A DNA stretch of 64,000 nucleotides, from NCBI GenBank assembly GCA_963778895.1, contig CAVZVZ010000007.1, positions 68,413 to 132,412 of the forward strand, in the 5' to 3' direction. The notes under the pieces were generated by a model. The model did not search any database, was not told where the DNA came from, and saw only the letters and a list, made by a program, of their open reading frames with translations. The position numbers were made by a program, and so were the translations under genes. Source of the DNA: an uncultured Iamiaceae bacterium (GTDB lineage: Bacteria; Actinomycetota; Acidimicrobiia; Acidimicrobiales; Acidimicrobilacustridaceae). Below, in pieces: positions 30,340 through 39,018 of this stretch. How positions within the stretch are numbered: the stretch's first letter is position 1; the number at the start of each line of letters is the position of its first letter.

Positions 30340-31098
30340 GTGGACGAACCCCTGGGCACGCAAGATCAGGCGCACGGCGTACGTCTGCTCACGCTTGCTC
30401 GACCACCGGCCAACGCACTCGACGACGCGTTGCTCACGGCGTTGGAGGATGCGCTCGACGATGCCGCGACCGACGACGCCGTGCGGACCGTGGTCATACG
30501 GGCCGACGGTGCGTTCTTCTGTGGCGGCTTCGACCTGCGCGCGCCGCGACGCACCGGCGACGCGGTCACCGCGATGGTCGAGCGGTATCGGGATTCCCAT
30601 CGCAAGCTGTTGGCGTTCCCGAAGCCGACGCTGGCCGCCGTACAGGGCCATGCGATCGCGGGTGGCCTCGTTCTCGCGCTGGCGTGCGATCACCGGATCG
30701 CCGTGGCCGGCGAGTATCGCGTCGGATTGAACGAGACCGCGATCGGCGCAGCCTTCCCGCCGGTGGCCCTCGAGATCGTGCGGATGCGGCTCACCCACGC
30801 CGCCGCGTCGGAGCTCTTGCTCGGCGCCGAGCTCTATCCCGCGTCCGAATTGGTCCGGCTGGGCGTGGTCGGGCGACTGACCTCGCCCGCGGACTTCGAC
30901 GAGGAGGTGCGCGACAGTGCGGAACGGTTGGCCGGACTACCGCGCGAGGTCTACGCCCACGCCAAGGCGGAGTTGGTGCGGGATGCCATGGCCCGACTCG
31001 ATTCGGTGTCCCTCGACGAGGAACTGGCGGTGGCGGCGTTGTGGAGCACGACCGAGAGTCGCGCCGCCCGGGCCGCGCAACGCCAACGATTGTCGTGA
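30340..31098 (+). CDS. enoyl-CoA hydratase/isomerase (crotonase) family protein
   Basis: This is the tail of ORF 29587..31098, starting at GTG 30340. It carries LTLARPPANALD...VVIRADGAFFCGGFDL...AAVQGHAIAGGLVLALACD, the oxyanion-hole motifs. Confidence 0.85.
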   Translation: MDEPLGTQDQAHGVRLLTLARPPANALDDALLTALEDALDDAATDDAVRTVVIRADGAFFCGGFDLRAPRRTGDAVTAMVERYRDSHRKLLAFPKPTLAAVQGHAIAGGLVLALACDHRIAVAGEYRVGLNETAIGAAFPPVALEIVRMRLTHAAASELLLGAELYPASELVRLGVVGRLTSPADFDEEVRDSAERLAGLPREVYAHAKAELVRDAMARLDSVSLDEELAVAALWSTTESRAARAAQRQRLS

Positions 31099-31102
31099 CG
31101 AC

Positions 31103-32319
31103 TCAGCGCATGTTGCCGGTGTGGCCCAGGCTGTAGCGGCCCGGTTGGGGCCACACCGTCAAGCCGTGCGGACCTCGGCCGACGGGTATGCGGGCTGCGA
31201 GCTGGCCGGTCGTGGTGTCGAACACGTAGACCTCGCTGTCGTACCGGCCTCCGAGCCACAACTCGCGGCCGTCGGGTGTGAGGTTGCCCATGTCGGGACT
31301 CCCGCCGTCGGGTACCGCCCAGGTCGCGACGATTTGGTTGGTCGCGAAGTCGAGCACGGAGATCGTTCCCGGCCCGTGTGGCGCACCCGGGATCGTGTGC
31401 GATCCACGGTTGATGACGTAGAGCTTCGTTCCGTCCCGGCTCGGGTAGAGCCCATGCGTACCGATACCGGTCGGGATGAAGCCGGTCTGCGTGAAGGAGT
31501 CGCCGTCGACCAGGATGACCCCGTCGGTCATCATCTCGGCGACGTAGAAGGTCTTGCCGTCGGGTGAGACCCGAACATCCTGAGGCATCGTGTCGGCGAC
31601 CGAAATCGAGGACGCCGACGACCTTGCGCTCGACGAGATCGATCTTCACGAGGCGGCCCGAGAACTCACACGTCGCGACCAGATAGCGACCGTCGATCGA
31701 GAAGTCGATGTGATTGATGCCGCCGCACTCGGGAACCTCGAGCTGACTGTGCAGCTCCATCGTCTTGGCGTCCCGGAAGTCGAGGCGTTTCAACGCTTCG
31801 GCCACGACGATGGCCTCGGTTCCGTCCGGCGTGAAGTAGAGGTTGTACGGGTCCTCCACGCGTTGCGCGGGCCCGGGCTCGCCCGTCTTCGGGTCGATGG
31901 GGATCAGCGAGTAGCTCTGGTTGTTGAGCACCCAAAGGGTCGATCCGTCGTAGGACGGCACGACGTGTTGCGGTTCGATCCCGGCGGGGAACGTCCCGAT
32001 GACCTGTTTGGTTGCGACATCGATGACGGTGACGTCGTTCGACAAGCCGTTCGGTACGTAGGCGCGTAGGGGCTGGTCGGCCCAGGCCGGGTTGATCTTG
32101 TCGGCGGCCGCCTCGCTGTAGAGGTTGTGCGGGTCGACGACCGGCGGCATGCCGGGCACGGTGTCCACGCATGGCCCCGGCCGTTGTCGTCGTGGGCGGG
32201 GTGGTGGTGACCGCGGGGGTGTCGCTCGACTGTCCGCGGCCGGTCCCCGAGCAGGCCACACCGGCCGTGAGGACGGCCAAGCCGATCAGGGCGAGCACGG
32301 ATGGGCGCGGGCGTCTCAC
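31103..32319 (-). pseudogene. YVTN-type beta-propeller repeat lipoprotein, two +1 frame changes
   Basis: The lipoprotein signal is MRRPRPSVLALIGLAVLTAGVAC (31666..32319). Propeller blades follow in ORFs 30951..32261 and 31103..31588 (repeated ...SPDG..LYV.N......V.VID...). The joins are at ~32165 and ~31600. Confidence 0.7.
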
Positions 32320-32394
32320 CCGAGGGACCGACGAGGGATCACGGCGTTCGAAGCTAGCGGGCCGGTGTCGACCGGCTCGGTCACCCCGGATCGA

Positions 32395-34403
32395 TCAGTC
32401 GCGGATGATGAGCTTCGCGGTGCCGGCACCTACCTGGCGGCCGTCGCTGTCCTTGGCGACGATCGAGAAGTAGTGCGTGCCCACCCCGCAGGACGAGCCG
32501 GGATTGCAGACGGTCGTCGAACCGCTGGCCGACGAGCTCGACACGCCCGGTCCGGTGACCTCGACGGTGATCGGTCCGTTGGCCGTGACGGTCCACGAGA
32601 ACGTCGATCCGCCGTCGGCGGCCCGGATCGTGCCCGGGCTCATGGAGTACTGGACGTTGGCGATGATCGCCGGCGGCTTGGTCGTGGTGGTTTCGACACC
32701 GCCACCGCCACCACCCCCACCGGCGCTGCCTCCGCCGCCGCCACCGCCACCCGCGGTGGTGTTGGGCGCGGGTTGGGTCGTCGGCACCGTGGCGGGCGCA
32801 GTGACCGGTGGTGCCGCGGTGGTCGACGTCGTGGACGACGGGGCGCGGGTCGTGGTCGAGCTCTCGACCACGGGTCCGGCGTCGATCGCAGTCTTCTTGT
32901 CGTCTCCGCCGCGGGTGAACACCATGACGAGACCGAGCACGATGACCGCGGCCACGCCGATGCAGGCGGGGATGAGCCACTTGCGACGTGAGTCACCGCG
33001 ATCTGTCGCTCGGCTGGCCACCGGCTCGTGGGCCGGCCCGGTGCTTCGTGGGTCGACGACGGGAGGCACCGGCGGTGCGCTCGACACGGGGGTGACCAGC
33101 GCGGCGAGTGGCATCGCGGTGGTGTCCGCGCCGTTCGGAGCCACGACCGGCTCGACCGTCGGTATGGGGGTGGGTTCAGCGACGGGCGCAGGAGGTGCCA
33201 CTTCGGCGGGCGGTTCGACCACGGGTGCGGCGACGTCGGCCGCGAGCGCCGAGGTTTCGCCCTTGGCGCCGAGGAAGGCGGCGGCGGCTGCTCCGGCCGC
33301 GGCAACGGTGCCGGCGACGGCCGTGCCGGCGGGTGCGGTGCGGTCGCGTGTCTCGATCGGTGCGGACGCCACTTCGGCGACGGGCTCCAGCGCCGGTTGC
33401 GGCTCGGCTCTGGTTCGGGTTCGGGAGCAGGCTCGTGGAGCTCGGGCGCCACCGGTTCCGGCTCGACCGATGCGGTTGGTTCGGGTTCCGGCTCGGGCTG
33501 GGTGCGGCGAACGCTGGTTCGGCCGCAGCAACGCGGCACGCCGGCGGCAGCGACGCCGACGGCGAACGGCGCCCACGAGGTACCCGTGACGCGCCGCTCG
33601 ACGTCAGCGGGGACGGCAACGAGGGGCACCGCCTCGAAGATCTCGATCGCGGGGATGGCGATGAGCGAGCGCGACCGACAGACGGAGCACCCACGGAGAT
33701 GGCCGTGGATCACTCGTACGGCCGTCGAGTCGAACTGGCGGACGTTGTTCGCCTTCAGGTCACGCGTCAGCTCGTCATGATCGGGCTTGCCGCCGGCCCA
33801 GAGCAGTCGAGTGCGCAGCGCGGCCGCCAGGCCTTGGGGTGCCTTGCGGATGATGTCGTCGACGCGGAAGATCGATTCACCGGTTGCGGCTGCGATCTCA
33901 TCGGACGCCAGTGCGTGACGCCAGTGCAGATCGGTCACGTCACGCGCGCGATCGCCGAGTACGTCGAGTGAGTCCCACAGCATCACGCTGATCGAGGGGT
34001 CGGCGCCGAGCGCAACCGGATCGGTGCCGCGCGTCAACCGCTCCGCGGCTCGCTTGGCGCCGCGGTTCGCCTTGCCGAGCGAGCGGGGTCGCGCCGGCAC
34101 ATCGCGTTCGATGGCGCCCATGACGCGAGCGCCGAAGCTCGTGTCGTCGTCGACGAGTTGGCCTTGGAGTGACGTGAAGGTACGCAACATGGCCTCGGCC
34201 GCGGAACGCTCGTCCGCACCACGATGCAGCGCTCGGTCGAAGGCGCCCGGCGACCACTCGGCCACGAGGTGGCCGTAGGCGTCGGCATCGCCGCGCTTCG
34301 CCTGGGCCAGCCACGTGTCGTCGCGTGCCCGACGCCGACGAGCGCGCTGGATGCGGTCACCCGTCTCTGTGGCGCTCGCCTCGTTGGTGCTCTGGTTGCT
34401 CAC
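32395..34403 (-). pseudogene. ECF-sigma-like / zinc-finger anti-sigma-like / single-pass membrane protein with C-terminal Ig-like domain, frame change in the Pro/Glu linker
   Basis: GTG 34403 follows AAGGA. The N-terminus is sigma region-2/4-like (AQAKRGDADAYGHLVAEW..., SDEIAAATGESIFRVDDIIRKA). Then come HLRGCSVCRS, a PEPEPEP linker (join ~33430), a TM helix (WLIPACIGVAAVIVLGLVMVF), an S/T/P-rich region, GGGGGGGGSAGGGGGGGG and a beta-rich C-terminal domain. Confidence 0.55.
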
Positions 34404-34895
34404 GGCTGAGTCCTTCGCCTGCCTCTCGGATGCCGGAGCGGTGGACCAACTCACAGGCTGGTCACCCGTCCGGGCGAGCAGCAGTCGGTGGATCACCCGA
34501 TCGTGGACCGCCCACGATCAACCGTTCTGCCGCTCACGGTTCTCTTCTTCGAGGTTCCTGTCGGACGCGAGGGACCGGTTCTTGAATGCAACAGAGGGTC
34601 AATCCTGGCGAGGAATCCGCTGGTGGCCTGGGTGGAGTGGGCATTCTCACGATCCGTGTCGAGGCGAGTGGGTCCGTACGGCCCATCCCGCCGGAGCCGC
34701 CCTGGATCGGCCCGGGCCGGCCCGATCCGCCCGGCGCCGGTCCCCTGAACAGGGTGTTCAGCGGGGAGGCCACGCGCAGCCGCGACGGCAAAACAACAGT
34801 TGCGTCTGACATCGAATCGCGCCCATCGTGGCCGCGGCCGCACCCGGGGAGCACCACCACCGCCGCCGGGCCCGCGACCGAGGGGGACGAACGAA

Positions 34896-35354
34896 ATGGG
34901 TGTGCTGCGTCGAGCGCGGGCGCCATTCGAGCGGATCATGCTGCACTCGCCGGCGCGCCGACGCTCCTATGACCGGTCGGTCGTCCTGCTGCGGTACCGA
35001 GGCCGCCACACCGGCGCGTTCCACGAGCGGGCGGTCAAGGTGGCCCGGGACGAGTCGACGCTCGTCGCCGTCAGCCCCCGTCGGGCGAAGGACTGGTGGC
35101 ATGATTTCCGCCCGAGCGGACCGGCCGTCGTGGTGCTCGACGATGTGCAGCTCGGCGTGGTCGGCCGCATGGTCGACGGGATCGAGCGGCCGCACGAGGC
35201 GGCGCAGGCGCTGCGCACCTATCTGGACTGGTTTCCCCGAGCGGCCCGCGAGCTCGGCGTGGATCGGGCCCACGATTCCGACGATCTCGAACCGCTGGCC
35301 GCGGGCTTCGTGGCGGTGGTCTTCGACCTGCGGAGCGAGCCGCCCAGCCGCTGA
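34896..35354 (+). CDS. hypothetical protein (distantly resembles deazaflavin-dependent nitroreductase/split-barrel proteins)
   Basis: ATG 34896 follows GAGGGGGA. The 152-aa product carries VVLLRYRGRHTGAFHERAVKVARDESTLVAVS...AKDWWHDF. The family call is weak. Confidence 0.4.
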   Translation: MGVLRRARAPFERIMLHSPARRRSYDRSVVLLRYRGRHTGAFHERAVKVARDESTLVAVSPRRAKDWWHDFRPSGPAVVVLDDVQLGVVGRMVDGIERPHEAAQALRTYLDWFPRAARELGVDRAHDSDDLEPLAAGFVAVVFDLRSEPPSR

Positions 35355-35409
35355 CTCGGAGTTCCGGGGCCGGTCCGGCGCCCGCCGACAGCTTGTCTAG
35401 AGTTGGTCG

Positions 35410-35980
35410 ATGCTCGAGCTGGCCGGCCCCCTAGCCGTCGCTGCGCTCGTCCTCGCCGCGGGTGGTGCGTTCAAGCTGCGCGATCCGGCTCCCACTCGTG
35501 CGATGTGGGAGGCCCTCGGCGTGGGCGGCCCGCGGAGTCGACGGCTGCTCACGTTGCTGTCGGGTGTCGTCGAGCTGGCCTTGGGTCTGGCCACGTTCCT
35601 GCTCGGCGGATGGGTTCTCGGGTTCGCCACGGCGGCGGCGTTCACGATCTTCGCGGTGCTCGCGGCGCGACTCACCCAGCTGCCCGCCGTGTCATGCGGT
35701 TGCTTCGGGAAGCACTCCGGTCGCACGACGAGACTGCACGTGATCATCGATGCCGTCGTCGCCGTGGTTGCGCTCGTGGCGGCGTTGTTCGACGCGCCTG
35801 GATTCCTCGGCGCTCGAGCGGATCTTCCCGGTGCGCGGCATCGCGTTCGTCGGCTTCGCGCTGCTGGGCGCCTGGTTCGTCGTCGCCGCTCTCACGGTGC
35901 TGCCCGAAGCACTGGCCGCCGCCGAGCGCGGACCGCGAACGCCGGCTGTTCGCAGCTTCGACATCACGGGAACACGATGA
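35410..35980 (+). pseudogene. MauE/DoxX-family redox-associated membrane protein, one +1 frame change as assembled
   Basis: It has four TM helices and the MauE-type SCGCFGK motif. The true C-terminus (ERIFPVRGIAFVGFALLGAWFVVAALTVLPE...TGTR*) lies in the +1 frame (ORF 35750..35980), with the join at ~35815. The track ORF 35410..38190 is a read-through artefact. Confidence 0.7.
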
Positions 35981-38190
35981 AGACCCGCGCCGCGCTCGAC
36001 AGCATGACGACGGGTGGGGCGCCCACGTCACGCTTGGTCGACCGAGTCTCGGGACTGTTGGCGCGACGAACCGGGCGGCGCGGCTTCCTCGCGCGTTCGG
36101 CAGTCGTCGGCAGCGCTATTGCCGCGAACCCCATCACCTACGCCCTCAAACCCACCACCGCGTACGCCGCCATCTGTAGTTGCAGCGGCTCGGCCTGCGA
36201 CTGCGGGCAGCTGTGCTGCGACGGCTACACCGAGTTCTGCTGCACGCTCAGCGGCGAGAACAAGTGCCCGCCCGGCACGCAGTTGGGCGGTTGGTGGAAG
36301 GTCGACGGCAGTGGGTTCTGCGGCGGCGGACCTCGCTACTACATGGATTGCAACGCATCGTGCAACGGCTGCGGCTGCGGGGGCAGCGGACTGTGCGGCG
36401 GCGGGTGCTCGGGTACCGGATGTGGTTGTGCGTTCGGCGACTGCAACAACCGCAAGGCCGGGTGCACGATGTTCCGGTACGGCCAGTGCAATCAAGACAT
36501 CGGCTGCCTCGGGCCGATCGTGTGCCGCGTCGTCACGTGTGTGCCGCCCTGGGCCCTCGACGGCTCGTGCACCACGACGGTTCGGGTCGACGGCGCTACC
36601 GCGGGCCACGATCGAGCTTGCCTGCACAGGGTGGTCGGTGGCTTCGATGCCGCGGACGAGGCGGCAGGTGGCGCCCGAGTCAGCGGCTGGGCACTCGACT
36701 TCGACACACAGGCGCCGGTCGACGTCGCGGTCTACGTCGACGGCGGCTACGTCGGTTCGCGTTCGGCCAACACCTACCGGCCGGACGTCGGCGTGGCCTA
36801 CCGCGGTTGGGGTGACAATCACGGCTTCGACTTCACGGTGCCTGTCGGCGGAGGCGCGGTCAAGCAGGTGTGCGTCTGGGGCATCAACGCCGGCGCCGGG
36901 TCGGACAACACGTTCCTCGGTTGTCGCACGGTGCGGCTCTCGACGCCGTTCGGCGCCCTCGACGGAGTCATGGCCGGGTCAGGCTCGATCCGTCTGACCG
37001 GTTGGGCGATCGATCCCGACACCACCAACCCCCTCAAGGTGCATGCCTACGTCGACAACGTGTTCAAGGGTGAGTTCACGGCCAATGCGTTTCGGCCCGA
37101 CGTCGGTTCCGCGTACGGGTACGGCAACAACCACGGGTTCGACATCACCGTTCCCGTCGCGGGTGGCACGCACAACGTGTGCGTGTTCGCCATCAACCAG
37201 GGCGCCGGCAGTGTCAACAACCAGATCGGCTGCCGCACCGTCAACGTCGGTATGCCGTACGGCTCGGTCGACAAAGCCGTGTCGACCGGAGGTGGCTTGT
37301 TCATCCAGGGTTGGGCGGTCGACCCCGACACGACCGATCCGATCGTCGTGCACGCCTACGTCGACAATGTGTTCAAGGGAGAGTTCACCGCCAACGTCTC
37401 ACGCCCGGATGTGACCTCCGTGTACCCCAGCGTCGGGCCGAACCACGGGTTCGAGTTCACGGTCCCGGCCGCACCCGGGCAACACAACCTGTGCGTGTAC
37501 GCCATCAACAACGCCGAAGGCGGCAACCCGATCATCGGTTGTCGCACCGCCAACGTGCAGACCGGTGACCCGTTCGGCGCGGTCGACAGCATCGTGCCGG
37601 GCCCCGGCACCGTACGGATGAAGGGCTGGGTGATCGATCCCGACGCCACCGGCCCCGTCAAGGTGCACGTCTACATCGACGACACGTTCTCCGGCGAGTT
37701 CGTCGCCGACGGTTCTCGGCCGGACGTCGCGTCGGCGTACCCCGGCTACGGACCGGTGCACGGCTTCGACATCAGCATCCCCACGTTCATCGGCTTCCAA
37801 CAGGTGAGCGTGTACGGGATCAACCTCGGTACCGGGGTCAACAAGCTCGTCGGGGCCAAGATGATCGTGGTCGGCGGGAACCCGTACGGCGCGCTCGACT
37901 CGGCGGTCGGACAGGCCGGCGGGATCAAGGTCAGCGGCTGGGCGATCGATCCGGACACGGCCGACTCGGCCAACGTGCACGTGTACGTGGACGGCACATT
38001 CCGCGGCGAGTTCACCGCCGATGGCACCCGCGCCGACGTGGGCGCCGCCTATCCCGGGTACGGCAATGCCCACGGGTTCACCGCCACGGTGCCGGCGCCG
38101 TCGGGCTCACACCAAGTGTGCGTGTACGTGATCAACCTCGGATGGGGCGGCAATCAGCTGATTGCGTGCCGAACGACGAACGTGCCCTGA
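35977..38190 (+). CDS. Tat-exported cysteine-rich (methylamine-dehydrogenase light-chain-like) protein fused to five tandem 104-aa repeats
   Basis: Intact 737 aa. The ATG overlaps the MauE-like stop (ATGA). The twin-arginine signal is TGRRGFLARSAVVGSAIAA. Residues ~66-216 contain 26 Cys, including NKCPPGTQLGGWW (compare MauA NCPPGTKLA..SW). Residues 218-737 are 5 repeats. Confidence 0.75.
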   Translation: MKTRAALDSMTTGGAPTSRLVDRVSGLLARRTGRRGFLARSAVVGSAIAANPITYALKPTTAYAAICSCSGSACDCGQLCCDGYTEFCCTLSGENKCPPGTQLGGWWKVDGSGFCGGGPRYYMDCNASCNGCGCGGSGLCGGGCSGTGCGCAFGDCNNRKAGCTMFRYGQCNQDIGCLGPIVCRVVTCVPPWALDGSCTTTVRVDGATAGHDRACLHRVVGGFDAADEAAGGARVSGWALDFDTQAPVDVAVYVDGGYVGSRSANTYRPDVGVAYRGWGDNHGFDFTVPVGGGAVKQVCVWGINAGAGSDNTFLGCRTVRLSTPFGALDGVMAGSGSIRLTGWAIDPDTTNPLKVHAYVDNVFKGEFTANAFRPDVGSAYGYGNNHGFDITVPVAGGTHNVCVFAINQGAGSVNNQIGCRTVNVGMPYGSVDKAVSTGGGLFIQGWAVDPDTTDPIVVHAYVDNVFKGEFTANVSRPDVTSVYPSVGPNHGFEFTVPAAPGQHNLCVYAINNAEGGNPIIGCRTANVQTGDPFGAVDSIVPGPGTVRMKGWVIDPDATGPVKVHVYIDDTFSGEFVADGSRPDVASAYPGYGPVHGFDISIPTFIGFQQVSVYGINLGTGVNKLVGAKMIVVGGNPYGALDSAVGQAGGIKVSGWAIDPDTADSANVHVYVDGTFRGEFTADGTRADVGAAYPGYGNAHGFTATVPAPSGSHQVCVYVINLGWGGNQLIACRTTNVP
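36628..38187 (+). repeat. Five tandem 312-bp (104-aa) coding repeats
   Basis: Units start at aa ~218, 322, 426, 530 and 634. The shared pattern is (F/Y)G(A/S)(L/V)D....G.(I/V).(L/V).GWA(I/V)DPDT..P..VH.YVD..F.GEF.A...RPDV...Y.G.G..HGF......G.H.VCV(Y/F)(A/G)IN.G.G.N..IGCRT.NV. Confidence 0.85.
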
Positions 38191-38203
38191 GGAGGTAGAC
38201 CGC

Positions 38204-39013
38204 ATGCTCACACTCGTCATCCTCGAGGGTCTGGTGATCGCCGTGCTCGGCGTGCTGGTGGTGGGCCTACTCCGGAGCCACGCCGAGATCCTGCGCCGGC
38301 TGCACGAGCTGGGTGCCGGCATCTACGACGAAGAGGCGGACGGCGCCACGGCGAACGGGAACGGCGTCACCTCGACCATCGAGCTCGCAGAGCGGCCGAA
38401 GATTCGCACGCGCGATGGCGTGGCCGAACCGCGTGAGGTGGCGACGGTCGGCGGACATGACGTCAGCGGCGTCACGCCCACCGGCAACGGCAAAGCCGTT
38501 GGCGTCGTGGGCACCGAGCATTCGACCTTGCTCGCGTTCTTGTCGAGCGGATGCGGCACTTGTGGCGACTTCTGGCGCGCGTTCGGGCGGGGCGAGGCCG
38601 ACGCCTTGCCGGGACGCGATACCCGGCTGGTGATCGTGACGAAGAGCCCTGAGGAAGAAAGCGTGTCAGCCGTACGCGAGCTGGCCACCAGCGAGCACGT
38701 CACCGTGATGTCGTCCCAGGCCTTCGACGACTACGGGGTACCGGTGAGCCCGTACTTCATCCTCGTCGACGGGCCATCGGGCCAGGTCGTGGGCGAGGGT
38801 GCGGCCGGCAACTGGTCGCAGGTCGCCAATCTCTTGCGTCAAGCCGCCGCCGACGCCGGCATTGCCTTGGAAGGCGAGTCGGTGCGCAGCACCAAGCGAC
38901 CCCGTGCCGGTACCGAGCGCGAGGGTCGAGCGGACGAGGACCTGTTGGCCGCGGGCATACGCCCCGGCCATCCGAGTCTGTATCCCGAGCCCCGAACCGA
39001 CGACGAGGAGTAG
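38204..39013 (+). CDS. membrane-anchored thioredoxin-fold protein (MauD/TlpA-like, CGTC active site)
   Basis: ATG 38204 lies 8 nt after GAGGAGG. The N-terminal TM helix is LTLVILEGLVIAVLGVLVVGLL, and the redoxin-like core LLAFLSSGCGTCGDFW...SPYFILVD follows. A charged C-terminal tail ends the protein. Confidence 0.7.
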   Translation: MLTLVILEGLVIAVLGVLVVGLLRSHAEILRRLHELGAGIYDEEADGATANGNGVTSTIELAERPKIRTRDGVAEPREVATVGGHDVSGVTPTGNGKAVGVVGTEHSTLLAFLSSGCGTCGDFWRAFGRGEADALPGRDTRLVIVTKSPEEESVSAVRELATSEHVTVMSSQAFDDYGVPVSPYFILVDGPSGQVVGEGAAGNWSQVANLLRQAAADAGIALEGESVRSTKRPRAGTEREGRADEDLLAAGIRPGHPSLYPEPRTDDEE

Positions 39014-39018
39014 CGCGC

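Noticed and set aside
31103-32319. The YVTN beta-propeller lipoprotein as the missing MauB-like heavy chain for the MauA-like protein
   Set aside because: It is on the opposite strand, 3 kb away and separated by an unrelated gene. It has a lipoprotein rather than a MauB-type signal, and I see no specific similarity beyond the generic propeller repeat.
34404-34895. Known riboswitch classes (cobalamin, TPP, ZTP, ydaO, SAM) or RNase P/SRP/tmRNA in the long intergenic region
   Set aside because: By eye I could not find the diagnostic cores, such as the B12 box, CUGAGA...ACCUGA, or the GGGUCGUGAC...CCGCCUGGGC spacing. The region is left as an unexplained structured region only.
35410-38190. A single 926-aa ORF in the track, suggesting one huge MauE-fusion protein
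   Set aside because: The stretch between aa ~135 and 189 is an Arg-rich nonsense read-through. The MauE-like C-terminus continues in the +1 frame to a stop at 35978-35980. A new ATG at 35977 (ATGA overlap) begins a Tat signal. These are two genes.
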